Below, one piece after another: positions 1-11,946 of a stretch of 64,000 nt of DNA. The first letter of the stretch is position 1. Every line of letters starts with the position of its first letter. The translations under genes and the position numbers were made by a program. Source of the DNA: Rebecca billardiae RCC1528 (taxonomy: Eukaryota; Protista; Haptophyta). Below the pieces are notes generated by a model. That model ran no database searches and was not told where the DNA came from. It saw only the letters and a list, made by a program, of their open reading frames with translations. The DNA lies in contig OZ251222.1 in the NCBI GenBank assembly GCA_965240325.2, positions 2,666,001 to 2,730,000 of the forward strand, read 5' to 3'.

Positions 1-2124
1 TGAATGCTGGGTGATGCCGGCACGAGTCGGATGCCGATCGAGCGAGCTACTAGTTACTGCTGCGCTAGTAGTTATAGCACTGCTCTGTCTTTGTCTGTCT
101 GACTGCGAGACCGAATCCGATGCTAAGTAGTCGTCCGGTCATCATCAATTAGCTGGCGCGTACACCGGGCCGCCCCGGTGCCCCGGTGTCCGGTGGCGGT
201 GTCCGACCCGGAAGCCTGTGACGAGTGAGCTGGACACCGCCACCGAGACACCGGGGCACCGCGTGACCGGCGGCCCGCGGCGCGGCCCGCGCCACCGTGG
301 TGCCAATTCACTGTCACATGATGGCGTCTACGTCATCAGCACGTACTCACATCATGCGCATCAGATCGACTTATATCCGTAATCCGAGACTCATGCAGAC
401 TCACTCAGAGCCGATGCCCCGCCAGTGCCGGCGTGAGCCCCCCCCGTTACCCGAGTAGTAGCTCAACTACTATACCGTAGTTACCGTAGCTCACTGAAGC
501 CTGAGCCTCACCGTGACGGCCCCGCTGCGGCCGGGGCCGCTGCGGGGCGGAGTCGGACTTATTACTACTAGTTAGTGCCGCCGGAGTCCGCCGAGGCGGG
601 GGACCCGGCCGGCGCGGGCCTCACACCGCGTAAACGGCTTGCCTGGTGTACGCCCTGTACACATTTGAGGCTCTGATGATGATGATGATGACGAGTCCGC
701 GCCGCCGCCCGCATCAGCACTAGCAGGCGGCGGGGCCGGGCGCCGGGGCGCGCGCAGCCGCGCTGCGCATGCCAGCGCGGCACGACTGACGACTCCGGCG
801 GACATTGCGGACTGCGATGCCGAACAGCCACTGCCCGAGATGCCGACGGCTCACACACACGTCGCCCTCAGACCTCGCAAGTGGCATCGGCATGCCTTGC
901 CCATTCACTGCAAACCGTCGTGAAGTCGTCTGGGTGGGCCACTGGCCTGCATCGATGATGAAGTTGACCACGCGAGCAGCCTGCGCAGCCGGCAATTAAT
1001 ATCCCATCGATCGTGCTCGTTACACGTGCTCGACCCAGAGGCCAGTCTCGTCCTCCTCCTCCTTTCGTCGGCATGGTAGCGGTGGTAATCTCCGCCAGAT
1101 CGCGACGATAGTCTCCCGCGCGCCTGCCAATCCAGCCGTGATGCACTCACACGGTCCCCCGTCGATGAAAAGGGACCTGACGGATCGGAAGCACTTTGTG
1201 CAGGGTACGCAGTTGCTCAGCTGCACCCAGGTGTAGACAAGCGCCGCCGCCGAGGCCACGCAGCAGGCGCAAAATCGCTCACCACCCCGGCCCGTGCCCT
1301 CCGGCGCCGGCTTCTCCGGATCGTCGGCCCTCCTGTCTCTTATCAGGGCGGTGCTGAGCCACAGCCCCATGCCTGCCGTCGGCTGAGCCAAAGCCCAAAG
1401 ACCGCCAGTGACCGACTTTGCTTGCTCAACTTCAGGCCCAGCAATGGCGGCGGACGATGCCGAGCTCGCGGAGCCAGAAAAGGGTGGCGGATGTCGCGCG
1501 AGCGATGCGAGGCGATGAGGCAGCTTATCGCACGTGTGGCACCGTGCGGCCCGAGTATCCTCACTGGCGGCCCAGCAGAACTGCCTTGGAACCGAGTAGT
1601 GCTCAGTGCCAGTGCGATCACGTGATACGCGTCATCATGCGGCGACGCGGCGGCCGCTGATGGTCAGCCCGGCCCCGGGCCGGGCGACCGTCGGCTGCAG
1701 ACTAGCACTTGAAGCCTGGCCGGGCGCCGGAGCGTTCGCGGCGCGGACGCGGTGGCAGTCTCCAGCCTCTCTAGGACCAGACTCCAGCTAGTTTAGTAGG
1801 CTGAGTCTGACAGGTGAACTCTCGGTCCTTTTCTGCTAAGGCTTAGGGAGTAACTTAGGCTAAGGCCTTATGCTACGCGCATTTGCTGATTCGGCTCAGA
1901 AGCGAGCTCACGGTATACTAATTGCGCCTTCCGTCTAGCGTAGTTGATACAGTTGAAGCGTCAGCCGTCAGTAATCGAGGCACCGAGGCACCGACGCTGG
2001 CACGCTGCTGCCCGCTGTCGCTGACGGCGGCGCAGTGACAGCAGTGAGTCCGTGCCAGATCCGGGATATCGTCTCGGGCTGGGCGCCGAGTCACGCAGCG
2101 CACCTCATGCTCAGCCGTGAGCAA

Positions 2125-5100
2125 TCAGCTGGCCTGTATGCGGAGCACGACGTGCGCGTCGAGCGGCCACGGCTGCGGGGTCGCACCCGCGCCCGACGAG
2201 TCGGCGTTCGCTGCTGCGGCGGCGGCCGAGCCGCCGGCCCCGCTCGGTCCGAAGCCGAGGCGGCGCGCGGCCGTGGGGCACGCCACCTCGAGCTGCACGG
2301 GCGCGTGCGGGTACAGCAGGCAGTCGGCGAGCGCGAGCTCGCCGGCGAAGCGCAGCGGCTCGCGCGTGGACGGCGTGCCGGGCGGCATCGCTGGCGCGGC
2401 GTGCGCGGCGGCGCCGGCCGCGCCCGCCGCCACGCCGCCGCGGGCCGTGCTGCCGGGCGCGCGCCTGCCGCCCTCGGCCCACGTGCGCACGAGCTCGGCC
2501 GCGGTCTCGCGCGCGGCGGCCGCCGACTTGACGCGGCCGTGCAGCACGCCGATCAGCCTGGGCGCGCGCGCGCCCGCCGCGCTGCCCGTCGCGCCGCTCG
2601 GCTCGAACGCCCAGTACGCCACCTGCACGACCAGGTGCGTCGCGCTCGCCGCGCCCAGCCGGCACTCGAGCAGCGCGACCGTGCAGCACTGCGGCCCGAG
2701 GCTGGGCGCGGTGCGCAGCGCGCGCGACGGCACGGCCGCGTGCACGAGCATCGCCGGATCGAAGAGGACGGGGGCGCCGCCCTCGAGCGAGCCGGCGAGC
2801 GCGGAGGTGGCCGAGGCGGGGCGCAGCCCGCCCGCGCCGAAGCCCGCGCCGCCGCCCGCGCCGTCCGCCGGGAAGCGGCGCACTCGGCACACGCTCCAGC
2901 GCTGCTCGGCCACCAGCCCACAGATCGCCTCGAGCACGCGCGGCGCGCCCGCGGCGCGCGCGCCGTCGCGCAGCGTCCAGTACTCGCACAGCTGCGCGGA
3001 GAGCAGCCCGCCCAGCCGCGAGCGCACGAGCGCGAGCGCGCGCGGCGAGCGGTCGCCCGGCTCGAGCGCCTCGAGCAGCCGCGTGTGCGCGCGCACGAGC
3101 TCGGGGCGCGGCGCGTGCTCGAAAATGCGGTGCTGCCGCGACGTCGCGTCAGCAGACTCGGCGTCGGCGCGCGCGCGCGCGCTCGGCGGCGCCGGCGCCG
3201 TGTATGGGTCCGGCGGCGCGGCCGAGCGGGGCGGCGCGGCGCCGGGCGGCGGCGCGGGCGCGGGCGGCGTGTGCGCGGACGGGACGCACGCCACGTCCAG
3301 CTCGAGCGTGAACGTCGCGCTGCCCTCCACCCCGAGCGGCAGTCGCAGCACCACGTCCGCGTCCGAGCGCGGCGCGCGCCGCTTGCGCTCGCGCACGCGC
3401 GCCTGCAGGCCCTCCGCCTCGAGCGCGGCGGCGCGCGCGACGGCGACGGCGCGCGGCTCGGGGCACGGCGGCGCGGGCTCCGCGCCCGGCGCCCGGCGCG
3501 GGCCCTCCACCACGTGCCACTGCACGGCGACGCCGAGAGCGCCGGAGTCCTCCACACGCGGTGCGGCCACGCCATACACGACAGCGGACGACGGCACGGC
3601 GCCCGCGTCCGTGCCGACCGCGCCGCGCGACGCGGACGCGCCGAGCGGCTCGTCCTCCGCGTCCCACGGCGCCCACGCGGAGCGCTCGCGCGCCGGCGCG
3701 CCACCGCGCCGCCCGCCGCCGCGCGCGATCGCGTGCAGCGCCACGCGCACGGTCGAGTCCGGCGCGAGCGGCCGGAAGTGCGCCGCGCCGCCCGGCGCCG
3801 TGCCGGCGCGCCGGAGCGCGAGGCGAACATCCACCACCGCTATGTGCAGCACGCGCTGGCGGGGCGGCGCGGAGGGCGCGCCGAGCGGCGGCGGGTACGG
3901 CCAGTGCGCCGAGCCGAGCACCGGCCGGCGCGCGCCCGCCGCCGCCTCCGCCGCGCCGCCGGCCGCCTCATCCTCGCCCGATGCGGCCGCGCGCTCGGCG
4001 GCCGCGCCGCCCGGCCCGGCCGGACGCCACGGCGGCACGCGGACGTACCGATGTGTGATGGCGGCGATGCGCGGCGCCCACGCGCGCACGCCGCTGCCGA
4101 CGGGCGCGCCAAGCGGCGCGCCGGCCGCGCCGCCGGCCGCGCGCCGCGCGCCCGCGTCGCGCCCGCCCTCCGCCTCGGCGCCGCCATGCGCTTCGTCAGC
4201 CCATGCATAGTGCACTGTCTGCTCCAGAGCGAGCTGGTCTGTGAGGCGCGCGCCCGCGGGGGCGGCGCCAGAGGCGGGCGCGCGCGGACCGCCACCGGGC
4301 GGCGCGGGGGCGGCGCCGTCCGCGCCGTCGGCGTCACCGAGCGTGAGGAGCGCTCGCGAGCACGACGCCGAGAGCGCGGACACGCGGCACCAGCGGCTGT
4401 CCCGCCCGGCGCTCACCAGCCGCCCGCGCAGCGACTGGGCGCACAGCGCGCGCGTGTATGCCAGGGCCTCGGCCCAGCGCAGCGCGGTCGGAACGCCCGC
4501 GGGCACGAGCGGGTCTCCCGGGCCCGCGTCGAGCTCGGGCGGCTCGGGCGGGTCGAGCACGACGCGGAGGGCGCGCTCGAGCGCGCGCGACTCGAACGGC
4601 AGCCGCGAGTGCCCGCCGTCCGCCGTCTCGAGCGCGCGCGCCTCCGCCTCTTGCGGCATCGCGCGCTCCCACTGTGGCGGCGCCTCGTCGGAGACCACCA
4701 CGCTGCGCTGGTGCGTGCTCAGCGCGTGCGCGGCGGGGCGCGGCGGCGCGGGGCCAAGCGGCTCGGGCCCCGCCTCCGCGCCGTGCTGCGCGCCCTCCCG
4801 GAGCGGCGCGCCACCGGGCGGCGGCACCGCGCCACCAGCCGCGCCCGGCGCGCCCACCCCGTCTGCGCCAGCGCCGAGGCCATCAGGAGAGCCACCACCA
4901 AGAGCGTGCGCCTGCGTGGTGTGCACCTCGACGCCGGCCTCGTTGACGACGGGCACGCGCCTGGGCTCGCCCGCCGCCGGCTCGCGCAGCCCGAGCAGCC
5001 GCGCCACCGCCTCCTCCGCCTCCCCCGCCACCAGACAGCGCAGCAGCTCGCGTTGGCTCACCGGTGCGCCGCCGCCCTCGCCGCCGCCCTCGCCGCCGCG

Positions 5101-6252
5101 CTCGCCGCCGCGCTCGCCGCCGGCGCGCACCTCGACGCTCACCGCGGCGCTCGCCGAGCTCGACCAGCGCACGAGCGTGTGCACGCGGCGGCCGCAGTAC
5201 ACGATCACGACGAGCGTGCGCCCGTCGTCCAGCGCGCACGCGCACTCCACGCTCAGCCCGAGGCGCTCGCCCTCTGCGGCGGCGGCGGCGGCGGCGGCGC
5301 CGAGCGGCGGCGCGGCCGAGCCCGCGCCCGGCGCCGCCGGCGGCGCGAGCGCGTCGCGCAGGCTGTCGAGGGCGCTCGACGCGGTGAGCGCGCGCGCGCC
5401 GGGTTGCACGCCGCCCACGCGCACCACGACGACGTGGTCCGCGAGCGCCAGCTCCAGCACCGCGTCGAGCAGCCGGTCGTCCACCGCCTGCTCGTCCTCC
5501 GAGCGATCGCCGACCGTCGGGGGCGCGCCGTCGGCCGGCTCGCCCGCCATCTCGCGCGCGGCGGCGCGCGCGGCGGCGGCGCGCGCGGCGGCGGCGCTCG
5601 GCGCGCGCTGCCGCGCGGCGCGCGCGAGGCGGCGGTCGCAGCAGCTGCCGATCAGCAGCAGGTGCCGCGCGACGCGGCCGCTCTCCGGCACGCGGCCGAG
5701 CAGCGCAAGCCCGTCCACGACCTGTGCGGAGAAGAGGTCGTGCGGGCCGCTGAGGAGGCGGAGCGCGGCGGCGTTGCCGTCGTGCGAGGAGGGCGCGTCG
5801 GCGTGCGCGCCCGCGCCGATCAGCGCGCGCGCCACGTGCAGGTTGCCCCGCGCGCACGCGCGGTGCAGCACAGCGTCGCCGCGCTCGTCTTCAAACGCCA
5901 CCTCCGCGCCGTGCCGGATCAGCATCGTGGCGCAGCGGCCGAGGGAGGGCCGACCGGCGGCGGCGTTCGCCGCGACGCGGAGCAGGCAGCGCGAGGTAAT
6001 CTTCATGCGCTCAATCAGGTCGGGCACCTTCGCCTCGAGCTCGTCGAGCGCGTCGGCCAGCAGCCGCTCGTCCGCGAGCAGGCACGCGCGCCGCAGCTCG
6101 TCCTCGACGTCCAACGGCTCGTCGCCGTCCGCCGAGGGCGTGGCGGCGGACGCGTCGTCGTGCAGCGTCGAGGCCTCGCGGCTCGGGCCGTCGGCCGGCC
6201 GCTCATCCGCCGCCGGCGCGGCGACCGCTGACGGCTCGTCGTCGAGCACCAT
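2125..6252 (-). CDS. Ankyrin-repeat-containing protein (~1375 aa); C-terminal half has possible beta-sandwich/C2-like segments
   Basis: Long open frame within ORF 2125..6459; likely ATG at 6252 (MVLDDEPS...). Ankyrin signature ATMLIRHGAEVAFEDERGDAVLHRACARGNLHVARALIGAGAHADAP. In-frame introns cannot be excluded. Confidence 0.7.
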   Translation of the reverse strand: MVLDDEPSAVAAPAADERPADGPSREASTLHDDASAATPSADGDEPLDVEDELRRACLLADERLLADALDELEAKVPDLIERMKITSRCLLRVAANAAAGRPSLGRCATMLIRHGAEVAFEDERGDAVLHRACARGNLHVARALIGAGAHADAPSSHDGNAAALRLLSGPHDLFSAQVVDGLALLGRVPESGRVARHLLLIGSCCDRRLARAARQRAPSAAAARAAAARAAAREMAGEPADGAPPTVGDRSEDEQAVDDRLLDAVLELALADHVVVVRVGGVQPGARALTASSALDSLRDALAPPAAPGAGSAAPPLGAAAAAAAAEGERLGLSVECACALDDGRTLVVIVYCGRRVHTLVRWSSSASAAVSVEVRAGGERGGERGGEGGGEGGGAPVSQRELLRCLVAGEAEEAVARLLGLREPAAGEPRRVPVVNEAGVEVHTTQAHALGGGSPDGLGAGADGVGAPGAAGGAVPPPGGAPLREGAQHGAEAGPEPLGPAPPRPAAHALSTHQRSVVVSDEAPPQWERAMPQEAEARALETADGGHSRLPFESRALERALRVVLDPPEPPELDAGPGDPLVPAGVPTALRWAEALAYTRALCAQSLRGRLVSAGRDSRWCRVSALSASCSRALLTLGDADGADGAAPAPPGGGPRAPASGAAPAGARLTDQLALEQTVHYAWADEAHGGAEAEGGRDAGARRAAGGAAGAPLGAPVGSGVRAWAPRIAAITHRYVRVPPWRPAGPGGAAAERAAASGEDEAAGGAAEAAAGARRPVLGSAHWPYPPPLGAPSAPPRQRVLHIAVVDVRLALRRAGTAPGGAAHFRPLAPDSTVRVALHAIARGGGRRGGAPARERSAWAPWDAEDEPLGASASRGAVGTDAGAVPSSAVVYGVAAPRVEDSGALGVAVQWHVVEGPRRAPGAEPAPPCPEPRAVAVARAAALEAEGLQARVRERKRRAPRSDADVVLRLPLGVEGSATFTLELDVACVPSAHTPPAPAPPPGAAPPRSAAPPDPYTAPAPPSARARADAESADATSRQHRIFEHAPRPELVRAHTRLLEALEPGDRSPRALALVRSRLGGLLSAQLCEYWTLRDGARAAGAPRVLEAICGLVAEQRWSVCRVRRFPADGAGGGAGFGAGGLRPASATSALAGSLEGGAPVLFDPAMLVHAAVPSRALRTAPSLGPQCCTVALLECRLGAASATHLVVQVAYWAFEPSGATGSAAGARAPRLIGVLHGRVKSAAAARETAAELVRTWAEGGRRAPGSTARGGVAAGAAGAAAHAAPAMPPGTPSTREPLRFAGELALADCLLYPHAPVQLEVACPTAARRLGFGPSGAGGSAAAAAANADSSGAGATPQPWPLDAHVVLRIQAS

Positions 6253-6579
6253 CCCGCACCTGTCTATCGGCTTCAACGGTTGCCGGGTCAGCCGGGACGG
6301 CCGGGAGCCGCTGCTCCCAAGCCCCACACCATTTCCGCACGATGGCGAGCGTCCGCATGCGCAAGCAGGAGGCCAAACATCACTTTGATGGATGGCACGA
6401 TAGCCACACAAGAGCTTGCATGGCGTGGTGAGTAGTGTGCGACTCGTGCGCGTGATCACTCGCGCGGAGCCTCACCAGATCGCATCAGCCTGACCCGCGT
6501 CCTGAGAGAGCACTCGATGTCACAACACGCCGCCGGATCACATCAGTTGACGCGCGGCCGAAGCTCACGCTTCCGACGG

Positions 6580-7095
6580 TCAGGCGGCCGCGTCCTCCGC
6601 GCTCGAGGAGGAGATGCGCGCGACGAGCTGGTCGATGGACTGCGAGCTCTCCCCCGCCGTCTTCTTGCGCAGCGCCTTGGTCATCGCCCCCGCCGCGCCG
6701 ATCGCGAACGACTGCACGGTCGCCTGGAAGGAGCCTTCTGAGAACCAGCCGCGGATCGCAAAGAAGAGGAAGAGGAAGAGGAAGGTGAGCCAGAGGACGA
6801 GCGCGAGGAGCGAGAGCGCGATGCGCGCCTCGGACACGCCCATCGAGTCCGCCGCCTCGTCGATCATCTGCGCGATCAAGAAGTCCCAGCCGTCCACGAA
6901 CTCCTTCTGGTCGACCAGCCCGTCGCCCGACACGTCGAGGTAGGCGAAGAGCTGCTCCTTGCGCGCCTCGGAGAGCTGCAGGTCGAGCTTGGCGAAGCGC
7001 TCGGAGAAGGCCTCGAGGGAGAGCTGCGCGTTCGGCTGGTCCTTCGTCAGCAGCGCGAACACGTCCGACGGCTGCAGCCGCCCGCCGCCGCCACT

Positions 7096-7151
<56 letters not shown>

Positions 7152-10127
7152 TCGCGGACGCGCCGCCGTGCTCCGCGCCGCCGCCGCCGCCGCCGCCGCC
7201 GTGCCCGCCGCCGGCCGCCGCGGCGGCGCCGTCTGCTCCGTTGGCGAGCGGCGCGGCCGACTTGGCCGGCAGCACGCGCTCGGGCTCCTCCGCGACGAGC
7301 ACGCGCGTGCCGAGCAGCTCCGAGCGCGTGAGCCCGAGCTCCGCGAGCTGCTGCGCGTCCTTCTCCGCGTCCAGGTCGCTCAGAGCCTTGCGCAGCGAGC
7401 CGTGGAGGCGCGCCTCGAGCACGGCGGAGAGGCGGGAGCGGAGCATGCGCGCGCCCGCGGAGAGCTCGCGCTTCGTCGAGACCACCACCACGATCCCGAC
7501 CACCACCGCCGTGCCCGCGGGCAGGAACGCGTCGGGGTCGAGGATGGCGGAGAGGATGCACCTGTCCACCGGAGGGCGGCGGGCGCAACGGCGCGCGCGC
7601 GGGCCGAGGGCGGGGCGGGCATCGGGCGCGCGGCCCGGGGCGCGCGCCGGGCGCTGAAGGGTGAGCGGGCGCGCGCGAGGTGCGCGCGCGTGCGTGGGTG
7701 GAGCGCCCACGCACACCCGCGCACGCCCACGCCCGACCCCACGCGGCTGTGCGCCGCCACGCACACCCGCGCACGCCCGCGCGGGCCGCGCGCGCTGTGC
7801 GCCGCCACGCACCAGGTGAGGTTGACAGCTACGTGCAGCAGCGTGAGGCACACGTGCGCGGCCAGCAGCAGCGCGTACACGTGGTCGAACGCGGAGGCCG
7901 CGACGGCGCGCGCGCCCTTGCCGCCGGGCATCTCGCGCGCGTAGTGCAGCGCCATGTGCGCGATCGTCGCGAGCACGAACACCATCTGCTCGATAATTTC
8001 GTACCGCACAATCGGGATGATGAGCGCCGAGTTGCCCCAGAGCGCGCGCAGCCAGTCGCCGCGCATGTCGGCCCTGAAGGCGTGCTGCCAGATGAGCGGG
8101 TGGCGCGTGGCGGTCGTGCGCGCGAACACCTGCTGCGCGTACACGGACGCGGCGAGCAGGCACACCCCGGGCAGCACCAGCACCCAGAAGTGCAGCAGCA
8201 CCTCGAGCGCCTCGGCGCACAGCCCGGCGGCCGACGCGGCGCGCGGCTCGGCGGGCGCGGCGCGCAGCGCGAGCCCGTGCACCGTGCGCACGCGCTGCTC
8301 GAGCACGCGCACGCCGAGCTCGGCGAGCGCCTCCTCCACCTCGAGGGGCGCGGGCGGGCGGGCGCCGCGCGCCGCGCTCCACTCGGCCAGCTCGGCGTGC
8401 ACGCTGCGCAGGCTCGGCGGCGCGGCGCCCGGCCGCGCGCTCACCACGTCCGCCCGGGCGGCGCTGCGGTCTGCCGGCACCGACTCGCGTGACGTCGGCC
8501 CCAGCAGCTCGAGCCGCTCCGCGACGAAGGCCTTGACGTTCTCCTTGGCGGCGACGAACTCGAGCGCGGCCTCCGTGCCGCACGCGTCGGCGTCGGCGGA
8601 CGCGTCGCTCGGCGCGCGCGACGCCCGTCCGCGCGGCGAGGCAGCGGCCGACGCCGTCGGCGAATCGGCGCCGCCGTCCGCGGCCGCCGTGCGCCAGCGC
8701 ACGCCCGCGTACCGTCGCACGCTCGCCACGGCGACGCGACAGCCGTACTCCGCGATCAGCGCGCGCTGGATCTTGTCGCGCGACGACTCGATGTCCAGGT
8801 CGCGCGAGAAGCAGAACATCTCGTACGAGTCCACGAAGTGCGCGAACGGCGTCGCCGGCCGCTCGGCGCACGCGTCGGCAAACACGGACGCCCTCGCGCC
8901 CGAGCGCGGCCGCAGCGGCGAGAGGCCGATGTGGCGCCGCGCCGCCTGCGCCGCCTTGGTCGCCGCGAGCTGGTCGAGCTCGCACGCGTCGCGCACGAAG
9001 GCGCGCAGGGAGGGCGTCATCCGCCGGCGCAGCGGCGCGACCAGGATCGCCGAGATGAAGTCGAGCGGCTGCTCGAACAGGTTGAACGGCGGCGCCTCGC
9101 CGCCGCCGCCGGCGCCGCCGCCGCCGACGCGGCGCGCGCCCGCCGAGCGGCCCGCGAGCGGTGGCCCGTGGAGCGAGGCCTCGTCCACGTCGCGGCCGAG
9201 GCCCTTGTTCTGCAGCACGCGCAGCCGCGAGCGCTGCGACTTGCGCACGCGCTCCATCATGTGCCGCGCGCCGAGCCACACCGCCCACTCCGCCACCACC
9301 GCCACCACCAGGGCGGAGAGCACGGACATGACGACGGCCGCGCGCAGCACGCCGCCGAGCGCGCCCGCTCGCATCGGCGAGCGCGAGACCGGCTCGCCGC
9401 CGGCGCCGCCCTCGAAGAGGTAGAGGACGTACGGCATGCCGATGCCCATGTCCCACCAGCTCGACGTGGCCTCCGAGCCGTCGACGTGCAGCACGCGCCC
9501 GCGCGCGCCCCGCGAGTCCCGCCCGTTCGAGCGGATCGCGCGCTCAAGCCCGTGGTGGATCGCCGCCAGCCTCGCGTCCTGGTCGGAGTAGCGCACCTCT
9601 GTGCACGCGGTGCCGTGGAAGGCGTCGCCGAGGAAGAGGGCGGAGCACGGCACGGGGACGAGCTCGCCGTGCGTGGTGTTCTCGTCGCACTCCGCGTTGT
9701 GGAAGCGCACGCGGTACCGCAGCAGCCTGGGCACCAGCGTCCCCAGCGAGAGGTGGGCGAGCGTCGCCGGGTCGAGGATGTGGTACACGTGTGCAGTCGC
9801 GTACACCCACATGGAGCGGGGGATGCCCGGCGCGGCCGGCACGTCGAAGACGATGAAGGCGTGCTCGGTCGAGTCGATGTCGCCGTACTTGGCGCCGAGC
9901 TCGGCGGACAGCCGCTGCGCGTCGGCGTGCTGCATGCGGATGCCGCCGTACCGCTCCGCCGGCGACCACCAGCGCGCGTGCGACGCGCCGTTCACCGGCG
10001 GGAACGCGGTGGAGAGCGAGCCGTCTGCGTCCGCGCCCGCGTCGCCGAGCCAGCCGGAGCGCCGCCGCGCGCGCAGCGCGACATTCACCTGGCCGGCCGA
10101 GGCGATCAGCCGGCTCCACGTGGCCGT

Positions 10128-10160
<33 letters not shown>

Positions 10161-11795
10161 GCGCGGCGAGGGCGGCAGGGGCGGCGGCAGCGGCGGCGCG
10201 AGCGGCGGCATGTGCGGAGGCGTCGGCGGCGGCGGCGGGGACGGGCAAGCGCGCCACCGCGTCGGCTTGCACGGCGGCCCGGGCGCGGGCACGGGCGCGG
10301 GCGCGGCGGGCGCGCCCGCGTCGCCGCCGCTCGTGACCTCGGCGGCGCTGCCGCTGCCGGCCGAGCGCGCCGCACCCAGCGCCGCGCGCGACGCGCCGCC
10401 CGTCTCGTTTGCGCGCGCCGCTTCGCCGTCGCCTCCGGACCCGCCGCCCGCGGCCAGAGCGTCGCCCGCCGCCGGCTCGGCCGCGGGCTGCACGACGGTG
10501 AGGCTCCTGAGGCACATCGGCACGAGCCACGTGTAGTTGAAGCGCTCGAGCGTCGAGAGGAACGCCGAGTTGGTCAGGATCCCCGCGCGCCCGCCCATCG
10601 ACGCGTCCGCCGACTCGGTGCGCTCCGGGAAGAGCTGCCACGCCAGCGGGTCGCAGTACGAGAAGAACGGGCACGTGCTGGCGCCGCAGCAGAACGGCAC
10701 GCCGCCCAGCGCGGTGACGAACTCGGACTTGTCGACGAAGCGGTCGCCGTTCGGGTCGTACAGGCTGTACGTGCCCGAGACGTGCACCGCCGCGCGGCAC
10801 AGCTCCCAGGGGTCGGCCGGCTCGACAAAGGAGGGCGCGGGCGCGGACGGCGCCGCCTCGGCCGCCACGCACAAGTAGTTCATCGGCTGCCGCAGGTTGA
10901 GCTGCACCGAGACGTCGGAGCCGTCGGGCGCGGCGGGCGCGAACGCGTCGATCGAGATCGAGCCCTCCCGCGTCTGCACGTCCACGTCCGCGTCCGCCGC
11001 GAAGTCGCACCCGTCGCAGCGGAGCGAGCCGCCGTCGAGTGTCGCCAGCAGCGCCGACTCGAAGCGCACCTCGTCGATCGACACGTCGAGCGTGCGGCCG
11101 GTGAGCGCGAAGAAGAGGCCGCTCGGCCCGCGCACGCGCAGCGTGCCCAGCACCACGCGCGACACGCGCAGCTGCACCCACGGGCTCGGGTCCGTGCTCA
11201 GCTGGTGCACGTGCAGCTCGCGCGGGACGACGCCGCTCGGCACGTGCACGGTCACGAGGCACGTGTCCGCGCAGCGCATGAAGGGCATCTCGCGGCAGTC
11301 GGCGGAGGAGCGCGCGCTGAGGTAGCGCGCGCGCCCCGTGATGTCCAGCCGCCACTGCACCGCCGTCGACGCGATGATCCCCTGCAGCTGCACGCGCGCG
11401 CTCGCGCCCGCCGTCGTGTCGGGCACCACGTGCACGTCGCAGCCGTGCACGTCGATGACGAGCGGGCGCGCGGGGTCGAAGGGCTTGGAGACGTCGAAGA
11501 GCTCGAGCGGAAGGTGCAGCAGGTACACGATCAGCACGAGCGAGAGCGCCGTCAACGCCCACCACACCATGCGCACGCCGCAGCGCCGTCGGAGTGTGTG
11601 CTTGGACAGCATGTACGTGAGCGCACGCGCAGGCGGCGGGTGCGGGGGCTCCGTGCTCTCCCGGCTGCCGACGTCGGGGAGGGTCACAGCCGGCGCGCCG
11701 TTCGCGTGCCCATCCTCGTCGTGCAGCCGCGAATAGCCTGGCACTGGCTGCGCGGCCGGGCGGCGGCTCGGCTCCGTCGCGGGGGGCGCCGTCAT
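6580..11795 (-). CDS. Large multi-pass membrane protein with EF-hands (~1654 aa); exons 11795-7813 and 7561-6580
   Basis: ORFs 7380..11864 and 6580..9456 join through a GT-AG intron to give ...VNLTW-CILSAILDPDAFLP... ATG at 11795. EF-hand loops DPNGDRFVDKSE and DVSGDGLVDQKE; several hydrophobic helices, e.g. WWALTALSLVLIVYLL and IALSLLALVLWLTFLFLFLFFAI. Confidence 0.75.
7562..7812 (-). other. Spliceosomal intron, 251 nt, phase 2
   Basis: Minus strand reads TG|GTGCGT...GGACAG|G; removal restores a Trp codon and joins two hydrophobic coding frames. The intron is low-complexity GC. Confidence 0.8.
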
Positions 11796-11946
11796 GTCAC
11801 CCTCGCTCGGCTTTACACCACAGATTCCGGTGGTCTTGATCACGCCCACGATTTTGAGCGGCACGTGTCAGCATGCATTTTGCTGGCGATTTTGCCGCCA
11901 TCATTTTCGTCGTGCGGCCGGCCTGGCCGGTCCTTCGGTCGTGTCC

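Noticed and set aside
720-1391. Possible decayed coding remnant (e.g. TSTIDGILI, resembling an APE-endonuclease motif)
   Set aside because: A single short motif with stops and no second supporting motif; needs TBLASTN against repeat libraries.
1835-1872. TTAGGG/TAAGG-rich patch suggestive of telomeric repeat
   Set aside because: Only one perfect TTAGGG; no tandem array.
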